Shown piece after piece: positions 8,450 through 18,335 of a stretch of DNA of 64,000 bases (the first letter of the stretch is position 1; every line of letters starts with the position of its first letter). Where the stretch lies: assembly GCA_040773245.1 (NCBI GenBank), contig JAXGWO010000012.1, positions 5,292 through 69,291 on the forward strand, read 5' to 3'. The position numbers and the translations under genes were made by a program. This stretch comes from PVC group bacterium. Lineage in GTDB: Bacteria; Auribacterota; Erginobacteria; Erginobacterales; Erginobacteraceae. The notes beneath the pieces were generated by a model. It was not told the origin of the DNA. It did not search any database and worked only from the letters and a program-made list of their open reading frames with translations.

Positions 8450-9349
8450 TCACTTGACCAGCTTGCGGTGCGACTCCAGGATATAGGGGGTGATGAAGAT
8501 AAGAACACCCCGTCCCTCGCGGATGTCTTCGAAGACGGCGGTCTCCCCGCTTTCCACCACGCCCATCGTGTTGAGGCGGAAGAGACGCCAGAGCTTGGCC
8601 ACCTGCATCCCGCCCCGTTCCAGCACCGGCAGGCCGGGGTTTACCGCCGGATCGACGTAAAAGGCGGTGGCCGCCTCGGAGTTGAGGGAAAAAACGATCC
8701 GGTTGTTTTCGATCACTTCCGGGCGGAAGGTGATCCGGGAACCTTCCCAGGAACCGGTCCAGGAACCTTCCCAGTACGATTGGATCAGATTGGGGGGCGC
8801 CGAGGCGCCGACGAGTTCCGGATGGGTGGAGACCATAGACTGCTGCCCGTTCTCGGAGACCCACTTCCGGCTGAAGATGACTTTAGCTTCCCCCAGGGTG
8901 CGCAGGTAGTCCATCACGGTCTTGAATTTGGATATCCGCAATGAGCCGAAGAGGACGTCATCCTCGGTCTTGCCGGGAGACCGGGTGTCCTCCCAGATCG
9001 GCCCGAAGTCGAACTGGTTGACCCGGGTCTGTTCCACGTACTCAAAATCGGCGTTCCTGGCGGCGGCCGGGGGAACGCTCTTTCTCATCTCTTTGAAGTC
9101 CAGGCGGTGCCGGGCCCGGTCGGAGCGGGGGAAGAAGCCGGTGGTCGTCTCCTGGCCTTCCTGGAAGAGCTTGAAAAGTTCCCAGTCGATCCCGTCCTGG
9201 TTTTCCGGGGAAAGAACGATCTGGACGATTTTCTGGTCGATAAGGATCGGGATTCTCTCCTCCGCCTGCTGTCCCCGGACGGAAGGCAGGACCGCCAGAC
9301 CGAGTGCTGCCAGACCGGCCAGGATTGGGGTAACAGTGGTGCCTTTCAT
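8450..9349 (-). CDS. Exported protein consisting of a stand-alone, divergent secretin-like domain
   Basis: Signal peptide; ILIDQKIVQI...GIDW, EAKVIFS, ITFRPEV, VESGETAVF, VLIFITPYIL follow the order of secretin core motifs; AAAGGAGG RBS. Confidence 0.6.
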   Translation of the reverse strand: MKGTTVTPILAGLAALGLAVLPSVRGQQAEERIPILIDQKIVQIVLSPENQDGIDWELFKLFQEGQETTTGFFPRSDRARHRLDFKEMRKSVPPAAARNADFEYVEQTRVNQFDFGPIWEDTRSPGKTEDDVLFGSLRISKFKTVMDYLRTLGEAKVIFSRKWVSENGQQSMVSTHPELVGASAPPNLIQSYWEGSWTGSWEGSRITFRPEVIENNRIVFSLNSEAATAFYVDPAVNPGLPVLERGGMQVAKLWRLFRLNTMGVVESGETAVFEDIREGRGVLIFITPYILESHRKLVK

Positions 9350-9552
9350 CGTTCCTCCTTTCTGGTGGAGGGCCACCAAACCGATTGACAAAAAGATTTT
9401 GAAAGCTACGCTGAATCAGGGAAAATATAGTAGCGGGCGCGGGGTACCGGGGCAAGTATTTTTTCTCCGAGTCACTTCCCCGTTTATTCCCGGGCGGCCC
9501 GATCACCAACGGCCCGATTTACAAGCAAATCGGGCCAAGGTATTATGTGCAT

Positions 9553-10335
9553 ATGAGGAGAAAACGAATCCCGGCAGGTTATTGTCTGGCGGCCGGTCTG
9601 GTTATCCTTCTGGGCGGGGGAGGATGCTCCTCCCCTCCGACCTTCCGGGGTTTTTTCCAGGAGCACCGGACCGAATTTCCGGCCACCGACCAGGGACTGC
9701 TCCTGGAGACGCTCCGGGTGATCGCCCTGCTGGAAGATTACTGTAACGCCCTGGAAGAGCGGGATATGGAGCGGCTGCTGGCCTGCTACTCCCCCCGGTA
9801 TTCCCATTATGAGCACGGGCTGGAGTGGAGAAAGGCCCGGATCGAGGAGAGTTACTTCAGACCCTTCGGGAGCCGGGCCGCCCGGTTCGGTCCGGTCACG
9901 ATCGAGTTCGTCCGGAAGGACTCCGGCTACTGGCTGCGCCAGGAGGACTTTGACTGGCTCCAGTCCCCCCGGGGGGAGGGCAGCCCCGGCAGGTTCTACC
10001 GGATAACTCTACCGGCCGGAAAAGGTCCGGTCGAGCTACTCCTGGGTGAGCCGCCGCCGGCCGTTGAAGGTTCCGATCGGGAATCTTCTCCCGCCCGCCT
10101 CCCCGCGGCGAAGCGGGAGGCGGAGAACGGAGACGGCCCGCTCCCGGTTACGGTCAGTTCCCTGGTCGATCCCGGGGTGGAGAGGCCCCTGGGGGAGGTC
10201 GCCTTTTCCCTCACCATCCGGGGCCGGTTGCGGGTCGAGGGGGATTCGGGGGATTTCGTCTCCACCCTCCGGGAACGGGTGGTCTTCCTGCTGGAGAAAG
10301 AGGACGGGGAGTGGAAGATCATCTCTCAGTTCTAA
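9553..10335 (+). CDS. Lipoprotein, probable NTF2/SnoaL-like fold with a large insertion
   Basis: Lipobox GGGC; YCNALEERDMERLLACYS at start and FLLEKEDGEWKIIS at end resemble NTF2-like termini. Confidence 0.55.
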   Translation: MRRKRIPAGYCLAAGLVILLGGGGCSSPPTFRGFFQEHRTEFPATDQGLLLETLRVIALLEDYCNALEERDMERLLACYSPRYSHYEHGLEWRKARIEESYFRPFGSRAARFGPVTIEFVRKDSGYWLRQEDFDWLQSPRGEGSPGRFYRITLPAGKGPVELLLGEPPPAVEGSDRESSPARLPAAKREAENGDGPLPVTVSSLVDPGVERPLGEVAFSLTIRGRLRVEGDSGDFVSTLRERVVFLLEKEDGEWKIISQF

Positions 10336-10449
10336 ATTTATTCCCGCAATGATTCAGGGGAACGGACAACGGTTTCAGGTGAGATGAGCGGAAAAAATAT
10401 TGCTTCCGGTTCCGGGGTTCTTTAGTATCCGCCCGTACCTGGAGATGAC

Positions 10450-11331
10450 TTGATGCGCTTGTCGGAACTGAAGAGGGTGTCCTACCCGGAGACGGTCGCG
10501 GAAGCGGTCCGGATCCTGGCCGGGGGAGGGGAGCGGGCGATGCCGCTCTCCGGCGGCGTCTCCTTCGTCTTCGCCCCCCTGCAGGCGGTGGAGGAACTCG
10601 TCTCGCTCTCCCGTCTCCCGCTTAATTATGTTAAGGCCGACAAGGGCGGTCTCCGGGTCGGGGCCGTCACCCCGGTCGCCGACCTGGCCGCCTCCCCCGA
10701 GGCCCGGAAGTTCGCCGACGGGATCCTCGCCGCGGCCGCCATCCGGATCGGCTCGACCCTGAACCGGAACCTGATCACGGTCGGGGGCAACCTGGTCCAG
10801 CCCTTCATCTGGTCCGACCTGCCGGCCGTCGCCCTCGCCCTGGCCGCCTCGTTCGTCATCCAGGGGCCGGGGGGGAAGCGGACCGTGAAGGCGGAGAAGT
10901 TCTTCTCCCGGATGCCCAAAGAGCTCCTGCCGGCGGGGGAGCTGCTCACCGAGGTCGTCTTCCCGCCGCCGCCGAAAAACTCCCGGACCGCCTACGAGAA
11001 ATTCACCCTGACCGAGGTCGACTTCGCCTACCTGAAGACCGCGATCCAGCTCTCCCGGACCGGGAAGAAGTGCCTCGACCTGACCATCGCCATCGGCTCG
11101 GCCACCGTCCTTCCCCAGCGGGCGCTCTCCGCCGAGAAGATCCTCCGGGGGAAGACCGCCAACCAGATCCTGGTCAACGAGGCGTCCGAGGTCGCCGCCG
11201 AGGAGATCAAGGTCACCAAGGACATCCGCTGTACCGAGGAGTACAAGCGCGACCTGGCCCGGGCCCAGGTCCGGGGGATCCTGGAGAGAATACTGCTCGA
11301 CCAGAAGGTGCCGGAATGGAAATTGTTCTGA
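10450..11331 (+). CDS. Xanthine dehydrogenase family FAD-binding subunit (CoxM/XdhB-like)
   Basis: PETVAEAV, SGG, GLRVGA, RNLITVGGNL, ELLTEV motifs. Confidence 0.9.
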   Translation: MMRLSELKRVSYPETVAEAVRILAGGGERAMPLSGGVSFVFAPLQAVEELVSLSRLPLNYVKADKGGLRVGAVTPVADLAASPEARKFADGILAAAAIRIGSTLNRNLITVGGNLVQPFIWSDLPAVALALAASFVIQGPGGKRTVKAEKFFSRMPKELLPAGELLTEVVFPPPPKNSRTAYEKFTLTEVDFAYLKTAIQLSRTGKKCLDLTIAIGSATVLPQRALSAEKILRGKTANQILVNEASEVAAEEIKVTKDIRCTEEYKRDLARAQVRGILERILLDQKVPEWKLF

Positions 11332-11837
11332 CCGTCAACGGAACCGAGAGACGGGTGGATGTGCGCCCCGCCGAGACCCTGCTCGACCTTCTCCGTCGGA
11401 TCGGCTGCACCTCGGTCAAGTACGGTTGCGGGGAGGGGGCTTGCGGGTCCTGCACCGTGATTATGGACGGCCGCCCGGTCAACTCCTGCCTGGTCCTGGC
11501 GGTGACCGCCGACCGGCGCGATATTATGACCGTGGACGGGCTGGGGACCCGGCTCCGTCCCCATCCCCTCCAGGCCGCCTTCGTCGAGGCGGGCGCGGTC
11601 CAGTGCGGGTACTGCACCCCGGGGATGATCCTCTCCTCCTGGGCGCTGCTGGAAAGGAACCCCGACCCCTCCGAGGGGGAGATCCGGCTGGCGATCGACG
11701 GCAACCTCTGCCGCTGCACCGGCTACGTCCAGATCGTCGAGGCGGTGAAACTGGCCGCGGGGAGGATGAAGAAGAAAAGGAAGAAGCCGCCGGCGAAGAA
11801 GAAGACCGCCGCCGGAAATCAGGGGAAGGAATCCTGA
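11316..11837 (+). CDS. Xanthine dehydrogenase family [2Fe-2S] subunit (CoxS-like)
   Basis: KYGCGEGACGSCTV, QCGYCTPG, NLCRCTGY; start corrected to ATG 11316. Confidence 0.93.
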   Translation: MEIVLTVNGTERRVDVRPAETLLDLLRRIGCTSVKYGCGEGACGSCTVIMDGRPVNSCLVLAVTADRRDIMTVDGLGTRLRPHPLQAAFVEAGAVQCGYCTPGMILSSWALLERNPDPSEGEIRLAIDGNLCRCTGYVQIVEAVKLAAGRMKKKRKKPPAKKKTAAGNQGKES

Positions 11838-11839
11838 CC

Positions 11840-14161
11840 GTGAAGCAAGAGAAATTCAACCAGGTCAGCACCCCGGTCGAGAAGGTTGACGGCCTCGGCC
11901 TGGCCCTGGGGCAGGCCCGCTTCACCGACGACATCTCCTTCCCGAATATGCTCCACGGCAAGCTCCTGCGCAGCCCCCACGCCCACGCCCGGATCAGGTC
12001 GATCGACACCTCAAAGGCGGAGAGGCTCCCCGGTGTGGCGGCGGTCTTCACCCACCGCGACGTCCCCCGGATCCCGATCACCACCGCCGGTCAGGGCTAC
12101 CCCGAGCCCTCCCCCTACGACGAGTTCATCCTCGACCGCAAGGTCCGCTTCGTCGGGGACAAGGTGGCCCTGGTGGCGGCCGAGTCGGCCGAGATCGCTG
12201 AGGAGGCCCTGAAACTGATCGAGGTCGAGTACGAGGTTCTTCCCGCGGTCCTCGACCCCCGAAAATCGATGCGGGCTTCGGCCCCGGTGATCCACGACGA
12301 GAAGGAATGCACCATCGCCATCCCCGTCCCTTACGAGCCGAAGATGAACCGGGTGGCCCGGGTGGAGGCGACCGTGGGGGATATCAAGCGGGGTGTAGCC
12401 GAGGCCGAGATGACGGTGGAGGACGAGTTCGAGAACCAGACCGCCAGCCACTCGGCGATGGAGCCCCACTGCTCGATCAGCCGCCTGGACGAGAACGGGC
12501 GTTTGGAGATCATCTCCACCACCCAGGTTCCCTTTCACTGCCGGCGGATCGTCTGCCGGGCGCTCCAGCTCTCCCCCCGGCAGGTTCGGGTGATCAAGCC
12601 CCGGTTGGGCGGCGGTTTCGGCGGCAAGCAGGAGGTCCTCCTCGAGCCCTACGTCGCCCTGATCACCCTGAAGACCGGCCGCCCGGCCAAGATGCGGCTG
12701 ACCCGCCGGGAGGTCTTCGCCTCCGCCCGGGTGCGGCACAATATGATCACCAAGGTCCAGGTGGCGGCGAAGAAGGACGGTGAGCTGACCGCGATCGACC
12801 TCTACGCCCTCTCCAACACCGGCCCCTACGGGACCCACGGCCTGACCGTGGCCTCCAACGTCGGGACCCGGACCCTGACGATGTTTCGCTGCCCCAACCT
12901 CCGCTTCTCCTCCGACGTGGTCTACACCAACCTGGCCGTCTCCGGGGCCTACCGCGGCTACGGGGGGACCCAGGGGATTTTAGCCACCGCGATCGCGATG
13001 GACGACCTGGCCGAGCGGTTGGGGATGGACCCGATGGACTTCTACCTGAAGAACGTCATCTCCGGCGGGACCGAGGTCCCGATCCTCAAGGAGCTGGGGG
13101 AGGGGCCCGTCCTCGGCCAGCCCCACATCGGCTCCTGCGAGCTGGCCGCCTGCATCCGGGCCGGGGCGGAGGCGATCGGCTGGAGGGAGAACCGGGGCCG
13201 CCCCGGCGGGGGCCGCTTCCGGCGGGGGATGGGGATGGCGGTGATGATGCAGGGCTCCTCGATCCCCTACATCGATATGGCCTCGGCCTTCATCAAGATG
13301 AACGAGGACGGCTCCTTCAACCTCCTGATGGGGGCGACCGAGATCGGCCAGGGCTCGGATACCGTCCTCTCCCAGATCGCCGCCGAGGTCCTCACCGTCC
13401 CCACCTCCGCGATCATCCCCTACTCCTCGGACACCGACCTCACCCCCTTCGACGTCGGAGCCTACGCCTCCTCCACCACGTACCTCTCGGGGATGGCGGT
13501 CAAGGAGACGGCCCAGAAGGTGAAGGAGCAGATCCTCGAGGTGGGGGCGAAGATGCTCGGGGTGAATAAGGAGCAGGTCGCGCTCGTCAACGGCCGGGTG
13601 CAGGGGCCGAAGAAGTCGGTGACCCTGGCCGAGATCGGCAGCCGGACCCTCTACCAGGAGGAGCAGTTCCAGATCGCGGCTTGCGCCTCCCGGATCTCTC
13701 ACGAGTCCCCGCCCCCCTTCGCCGCCCACTTCGTCGAGGTCGAGGTCGACCGGGCGACCGGGAAGGTCAGGGTGCTCCGCTACGTCCAGGCGGTCGACTG
13801 CGGGACCCCGATCAACCCGGTCCTGGCCCGGGGCCAGGCGATCGGGGCGTTGATCAACGGGATCAGCTACGCCCTGACCGAGCGCTACATCTACAGCAAG
13901 AAAGGGGCGATGCTCAACCCCAACTACGGCTACTACAAGATCTACACCAGCCGGGACGTCCCCGAGATCACCACCATCTTCGTCCCTTCCTACGAGGAGA
14001 CCGGCCCCTTCGGGGCCAAGTCGGTCGGCGAGATCTGCATCTCCGGGCCGCTCCCCGCCATCTCCAACGCCATCTACGACGCCGTCGACGTCCGCCTCCA
14101 CCGCACCCCGTTTACGCCGGACAAGGTCCTCGAGGCCATCCAGCTCCGGGAGCGGGGATAG
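11840..14161 (+). CDS. Xanthine dehydrogenase family molybdopterin-binding subunit
   Basis: RSPHAHA, GGGFGGK, AYRGYG, EIGQGS, GAKSVGE (catalytic Glu); GTG start 11840. Confidence 0.93.
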   Translation: MKQEKFNQVSTPVEKVDGLGLALGQARFTDDISFPNMLHGKLLRSPHAHARIRSIDTSKAERLPGVAAVFTHRDVPRIPITTAGQGYPEPSPYDEFILDRKVRFVGDKVALVAAESAEIAEEALKLIEVEYEVLPAVLDPRKSMRASAPVIHDEKECTIAIPVPYEPKMNRVARVEATVGDIKRGVAEAEMTVEDEFENQTASHSAMEPHCSISRLDENGRLEIISTTQVPFHCRRIVCRALQLSPRQVRVIKPRLGGGFGGKQEVLLEPYVALITLKTGRPAKMRLTRREVFASARVRHNMITKVQVAAKKDGELTAIDLYALSNTGPYGTHGLTVASNVGTRTLTMFRCPNLRFSSDVVYTNLAVSGAYRGYGGTQGILATAIAMDDLAERLGMDPMDFYLKNVISGGTEVPILKELGEGPVLGQPHIGSCELAACIRAGAEAIGWRENRGRPGGGRFRRGMGMAVMMQGSSIPYIDMASAFIKMNEDGSFNLLMGATEIGQGSDTVLSQIAAEVLTVPTSAIIPYSSDTDLTPFDVGAYASSTTYLSGMAVKETAQKVKEQILEVGAKMLGVNKEQVALVNGRVQGPKKSVTLAEIGSRTLYQEEQFQIAACASRISHESPPPFAAHFVEVEVDRATGKVRVLRYVQAVDCGTPINPVLARGQAIGALINGISYALTERYIYSKKGAMLNPNYGYYKIYTSRDVPEITTIFVPSYEETGPFGAKSVGEICISGPLPAISNAIYDAVDVRLHRTPFTPDKVLEAIQLRERG

Positions 14162-14171
14162 GAGGGGGAGT

Positions 14172-14283
14172 CAGTGAGCAGTAAGCAGTACCTTGCCTTT
14201 CAACCGCCTCGATAGCGATACCGATTCTTAGCGGGGTCTGGATCAGGGGATTAATCGCTATCGGGATCGGGATCTGTATCGAG
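14172..14283. repeat. Short-repeat cluster: CAGTGAG/CAGTAAG heptamers and inverted CGATAG/ATCGGG hexamer arms
   Basis: cagtgagcagtaagcagta; tcgatagcgataccgatt ... aatcgctatcgggatcgggatc. Confidence 0.6.
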
Positions 14284-14379
14284 TCCGGGAAGTCGAAGCT
14301 TGCCGGTCCGGTTGGTTCTGTAGTAGTATCCCCCCTTGAGAGTAGGCCGATTTCAATCCCTTAAGTTAGAGGTGCACTT

Positions 14380-14775
14380 ATGCCTTCCGACCCGAGAAAG
14401 ATCAACCAGAAAGAGTGCGTCGGCTGCCGGATCTGCGAGCTGGTCTGCTCGCTCCAGCACTACCGGGTGATCAACCCCCGGCGGGCGCGGATCCGGGTCT
14501 ACCGGGAGGAGGAGCGGGACGTGATCGAGACCTGCCGCTTCTGCCAGGATCCCAAATGCGTGGACGCCTGCCCGACCGGGGCGATGCACCTCGAGGGGGG
14601 GAGGGCGGTCCACGACCAGGAGAAGTGCGTGGTCTGCGGGGCTTGCATCGAGGCCTGCCCGATCGCCGGGGCGCTTCACATCTTCGACGGCGAGCTGCTC
14701 AAGTGCGACCTCTGCGGCGGCGACCCCGAGTGCGTCAAGTACTGTCCCACCGATGCCCTGACCCGGCGCGGGTAA
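14380..14775 (+). CDS. 4Fe-4S multicluster ferredoxin-like subunit (DmsB/HydN-like), probable AOR partner
   Basis: [40 protein letters not shown]...CVKYC. Confidence 0.9.
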   Translation: MPSDPRKINQKECVGCRICELVCSLQHYRVINPRRARIRVYREEERDVIETCRFCQDPKCVDACPTGAMHLEGGRAVHDQEKCVVCGACIEACPIAGALHIFDGELLKCDLCGGDPECVKYCPTDALTRRG

Positions 14776-14796
14776 TCAGGCTGACCGGAATACGGA

Positions 14797-14839
14797 TTGA
14801 CCTAGCGGTTATTGTGTCGTACGTTATTAAGTACGACAC
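14797..14839 (+). promoter_or_regulatory. Toxin-antitoxin promoter with palindromic operator
   Basis: TTGACC-17 nt-TACGTT overlapped by perfect inverted repeat GTGTCGTAC-N8-GTACGACAC (14814-14839), then GGAGG RBS. Confidence 0.7.
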
Positions 14840-14850
14840 GGAGGTATGAT

Positions 14851-15093
14851 ATGACCAGCATAACAGTTACGGAAGCCAGGAAAAAGCTTTATACGCTACT
14901 CGACGAGATCGCCCAGTCGCACAGTCCCGTCCAGATTACGGGGAAGCGTCACTCCGCGGTCCTGGTATCCGAGGATGACTGGCGGGCCGTCCAGGAGACG
15001 CTCTACCTGACTTCAATACCCGGGATGCGGGAGTCGATCCGGGAAGGACTGGAAACCCCGGTGGAGGAGTGTGACCGGGAGATTGAGTGGTGA
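14851..15093 (+). CDS. yefM: Type II antitoxin, Phd/YefM family
   Basis: ITVTEARKKLYTLLD, AVLVSEDDW, ETLYL motifs. Confidence 0.9.
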   Translation: MTSITVTEARKKLYTLLDEIAQSHSPVQITGKRHSAVLVSEDDWRAVQETLYLTSIPGMRESIREGLETPVEECDREIEW

Positions 15094-15353
15094 GCTGGTC
15101 GCTCATCTACACGAAACAGGCGAAGCGCGACGCCCAGAAACTTTCCCGTTCGGGCTTGAAACCCCAGGCGGAAAAGCTCCTGGCGATCCTGGAGAAGAAT
15201 CCATATCAGGTTCCACCGCCGTACGAAAAACTGGTCGGGGATCTTACCGGGGCCTACTCCCGCCGGATCAGCATCCGGCACCGGCTGGTTTACCAGGTCC
15301 TGGATGAGATCAGGACGGTGAAGGTTATCCGTATGTGGACGCATTACGAATGA
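15090..15353 (+). CDS. yoeB: Type II toxin, Txe/YoeB family mRNA interferase
   Basis: EKLVGDLTGAYSRRI, HRLVY, C-terminal HYE; GTGA overlap with antitoxin. Confidence 0.92.
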   Translation: MSWSLIYTKQAKRDAQKLSRSGLKPQAEKLLAILEKNPYQVPPPYEKLVGDLTGAYSRRISIRHRLVYQVLDEIRTVKVIRMWTHYE

Positions 15354-15395
15354 TCATCAGGTTATCATCCGTGCGGCAGATAAGGAGATGTCAAT

Positions 15396-17249
15396 ATGAC
15401 TGAGAACGACTATTTCGGGTATATGGGGAAGATTCTCCGGGTCAACCTCAGTACCGGGGAGATCTCGAAAGAGCCGCTCCCGCGGAAGCTGATGGAGGAG
15501 TATATTGGCGGCCGCGGTTTCGGGGCCCGGCTCCTCTCCGACCTGCTGCCCGATCCCGCCTCGGTCGACCCCCTGGGGCCGGAGAACGTCCTGATCTTCT
15601 CCGCCGGCCCTCTCAACGGGACGATGTCCCCCTCCTCGGGGCGCTATACCGTGACCACCAAGTCCCCCCTGACCGGGCTGATCGGCGACGCCAACTCCGG
15701 CGGGGCCTTCGGGGCCGAGATCAAGTACGCCGGCTGGGACGTGATCATCGTCGAGGGTCGGGCGGAGGAGCTGTCGTGCCTCGAGGTCAACGACGACCGG
15801 GTGGAGATCGTCCCCGCCCCCGAACTGGCGGGGAAGGGTGTAATGGATACCACCGACGCCCTGGTCGCCAAGCTGGGGCGGGAGACCAAGGTCGCCTGCA
15901 TCGGACCGGCCGGGGAGAAGATGGTCTTCTGCGCCGCCATCGCCAACGACAAGTTCCACTACCTGGCCCGCTGCGGGGTGGGGGCGGTGATGGGCTCGAA
16001 GAACCTCAAGGCGATCGCCGTCAACGGCACGCAGGATCTGCGCCTTTCCGATCCCGACGGGTTTATGAAGAAGTGCGCGGAGTGCTACGACAAGATCACC
16101 GGGGACAAGACCTACGCCGACTTCTCCCACTACGGGACGGCCGTGATCACCGACATCGCCGCCCTCAGCGGGGGACTCTCCACCCGCAACGGCCAGACCG
16201 GGGTCTTCTCCCACGCCGAGAACTACGACAGCCACTACTACCGGGAGAACTTCGTCGAGCGTTCCGAGAGCTGCTTCTCCTGCATCATCCACTGCTCGAA
16301 CTACGCCAAGGTCAAGGACGGGAAGTACTTCTGCCGGGGAAAGGGGCCGGAGTACGAGTCGGTGGTCGCTCTCGGCACCCGTCCCGACGTCGCCGATCTC
16401 GCCCCGGTGATCTACGCCAACTGGCTCTGCAACGACTACGGGATGGACACCATCTCGGTCGGGGGGATCATCGGCTTCCTCTTCGAGTGCTCGGAGAAGG
16501 GGCTGATCCCGGAGAAGTACGCTTGGGGCGACGCCGACACGGTGATCGACCTGGTGAAGAAGATCGCCTTCCGGGAGGGGATCGGGGACGAGGCGGCCAG
16601 GGGGATGAAGTACCTGGCCGGGAAGATCGGGCAGGGGTCGATGGACTTCGCCCTCCAGACCAAGGGGATGGAGCTGCCCGCTTACGACCCCCGGACGGGC
16701 CAGGGGTTCGGTCTCGGCCTGGCGGTCGCCTCCCGCGGGGGCGACCACCTGAGGGCTCTGCCCAACTTCGAGCTGCTCAGCTACACCCCGGAAGAAGGGG
16801 TGGAGTGGTTCGGCGACCCCCACACCGTCGACCCTTACGCCTGGCAGGGGAAGGCCGATATGGTCCTCTGGCACGAGGACTTCGCCGCCGTGGTCGACTC
16901 GGCCGAGATGTGCAAGTACTGTATGTTCGCCACCTACGCCATTATGCCGGGGGATATGGCCGACCTGCTGCGGCTGGCCACCGGGATCGAGTGGGACGAG
17001 GAGAAGGTGATGAAGGCCGGGGAGCGGATCCTCAACGTCGAGCGGCTCTTCAACGTCGCCTGCGGCCTGACCCCCGCCGACGACTCCCTGCCGAAACGGT
17101 TTTTGCAAGAGCCTCTCCCGGAAGGCCCAGCCAAGGGCCAGATCGTCGAGCTCGACAGGATGCTGCCCCGTTACTACGAGGTCCGGGGGTGGGCCGAGGA
17201 TGGCCGTCCGACCCGGAAGAAGCTGGAGGAATTAGGGATAGCGGATTAA
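15396..17249 (+). CDS. Tungsten-dependent aldehyde:ferredoxin oxidoreductase family protein (AOR/WOR) 1
   Basis: KILRVNLS, KSPLTG, IGPAGE, GAVMGSKNLKAI, CFSCIIHC, GPEYES, GMDTIS, YYEVRGW. Confidence 0.93.
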   Translation: MTENDYFGYMGKILRVNLSTGEISKEPLPRKLMEEYIGGRGFGARLLSDLLPDPASVDPLGPENVLIFSAGPLNGTMSPSSGRYTVTTKSPLTGLIGDANSGGAFGAEIKYAGWDVIIVEGRAEELSCLEVNDDRVEIVPAPELAGKGVMDTTDALVAKLGRETKVACIGPAGEKMVFCAAIANDKFHYLARCGVGAVMGSKNLKAIAVNGTQDLRLSDPDGFMKKCAECYDKITGDKTYADFSHYGTAVITDIAALSGGLSTRNGQTGVFSHAENYDSHYYRENFVERSESCFSCIIHCSNYAKVKDGKYFCRGKGPEYESVVALGTRPDVADLAPVIYANWLCNDYGMDTISVGGIIGFLFECSEKGLIPEKYAWGDADTVIDLVKKIAFREGIGDEAARGMKYLAGKIGQGSMDFALQTKGMELPAYDPRTGQGFGLGLAVASRGGDHLRALPNFELLSYTPEEGVEWFGDPHTVDPYAWQGKADMVLWHEDFAAVVDSAEMCKYCMFATYAIMPGDMADLLRLATGIEWDEEKVMKAGERILNVERLFNVACGLTPADDSLPKRFLQEPLPEGPAKGQIVELDRMLPRYYEVRGWAEDGRPTRKKLEELGIAD

Positions 17250-17267
17250 CAGCTCAAACCGGGGGAC

Positions 17268-17337
17268 TGGAGTAATGGAGTGCTGGAGTATTGGGTAGCT
17301 GTCCCCGGCCCCCAACACTCCAATACTCCACCACTCC
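17268..17337. repeat. Inverted arrays of 8-bp repeats forming a hairpin
   Basis: TGGAGTAA TGGAGTGC TGGAGTAT ... CAACACTC CAATACTC CACCACTC. Confidence 0.75.
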
Positions 17338-17412
17338 TTTAAAATGCCACACTTGATGTGCTGGGGGGTTAGGGGCTATGTTACCCACGCGAAATGGAAT
17401 AAACCCAAGGCC

Positions 17413-17658
17413 ATGAAAATCACGGTCACCGCGGTCAGCAAGTTCCAGCGCTACTTCCCCGCCCGGACGGTCGAGGTCGACTACCCTGGCGGGACCCTGG
17501 CCGGGTTCCTCGATTGGGTCCGGGAACGGTACGGGCTGGACATCGCCGATCACCGCAACCTCAAGCTTACCCTGAATTCGTCCCTGGTCAGGGATTTCAA
17601 GGTCGAGTTAGCCGAGGGCGACCGGGTGGCCTTCATCCCCATCGTCGCCGGGGGCTGA
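17413..17658 (+). CDS. MoaD/ThiS family ubiquitin-like sulfur carrier 1
   Basis: 81 aa; ends LAEGDRVAFIPIVAGG. Confidence 0.85.
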   Translation: MKITVTAVSKFQRYFPARTVEVDYPGGTLAGFLDWVRERYGLDIADHRNLKLTLNSSLVRDFKVELAEGDRVAFIPIVAGG

Positions 17659-17699
17659 AGATCTTATTTTACAAAGTGGTATGACCTGAATTGTAAAAT

Positions 17700-17936
17700 A
17701 TGAAAATTCGCTTAAAATTGGTTGGGCCCCTCCGGCTGCCGCCGGAAGGGCGGGAGCTGGACTGGGAGGGAAGGAAGGGGACCACGGTGGGGACGGCCCT
17801 CGCCCGGGCCCTCGGTTATACCCGGGAGGAGCTGGGCTTCGTCCAGGTCTTCTCCGGGGGCCGAATCATCCGCCTCGAAGAGCCGCTGAATGAAGACGGG
17901 GAGCTCCTGGTAATGTTCCGTCTCGGCGGAGGTTAG
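17700..17936 (+). CDS. MoaD/ThiS family ubiquitin-like sulfur carrier 2 (divergent)
   Basis: 78 aa; ends LNEDGELLVMFRLGGG. Confidence 0.75.
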   Translation: MKIRLKLVGPLRLPPEGRELDWEGRKGTTVGTALARALGYTREELGFVQVFSGGRIIRLEEPLNEDGELLVMFRLGGG

Positions 17937-18043
17937 AAGGGAAGTTTAAAGAGCCTAAAGTTGCAGTACCTGGTTCTTCAAGGCCGTTGCTGCTTGTTGT
18001 GCAGGGGCACTTTGCGCTTCCGCATAGTTACCGGAGAGAATAG

Positions 18044-18319
18044 ATGGCGAAGGTGAAGTTATTTGGGGTTTTGCGGGACCGGGCCGGGACCGGGGAGGCG
18101 GAGCTCGCCGGAGACCTGACTCTCCGGGAGATCTTGGAGTGCCTCGGAGAACGGTACGGCCCCGAAGTGGAGCGGCTGCTCCTGGAAGAAAGAGACGGGA
18201 GGAAGGTCAAGCGCCACCCGGTGGTGATCCTGATCGGGGGGATGCCCCAGATCGACCTCGAACGCCGGGTCGGCGCGGACGAGACAGTGACGATATTTCC
18301 CGCGGTGGCGGGAGGATAA
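18044..18319 (+). CDS. MoaD/SAMP1-like ubiquitin-like sulfur carrier 3
   Basis: KVKLFGVLRDRAG start; ends VTIFPAVAGG. Confidence 0.88.
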   Translation: MAKVKLFGVLRDRAGTGEAELAGDLTLREILECLGERYGPEVERLLLEERDGRKVKRHPVVILIGGMPQIDLERRVGADETVTIFPAVAGG

Positions 18320-18335
18320 CGGAGGAGAAGGTTTA

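Noticed and set aside
17937-18043. Possible Moco/tungsten-cofactor riboswitch between moaD-like genes
   Set aside because: Could not build the conserved multi-stem structure; context alone is not enough
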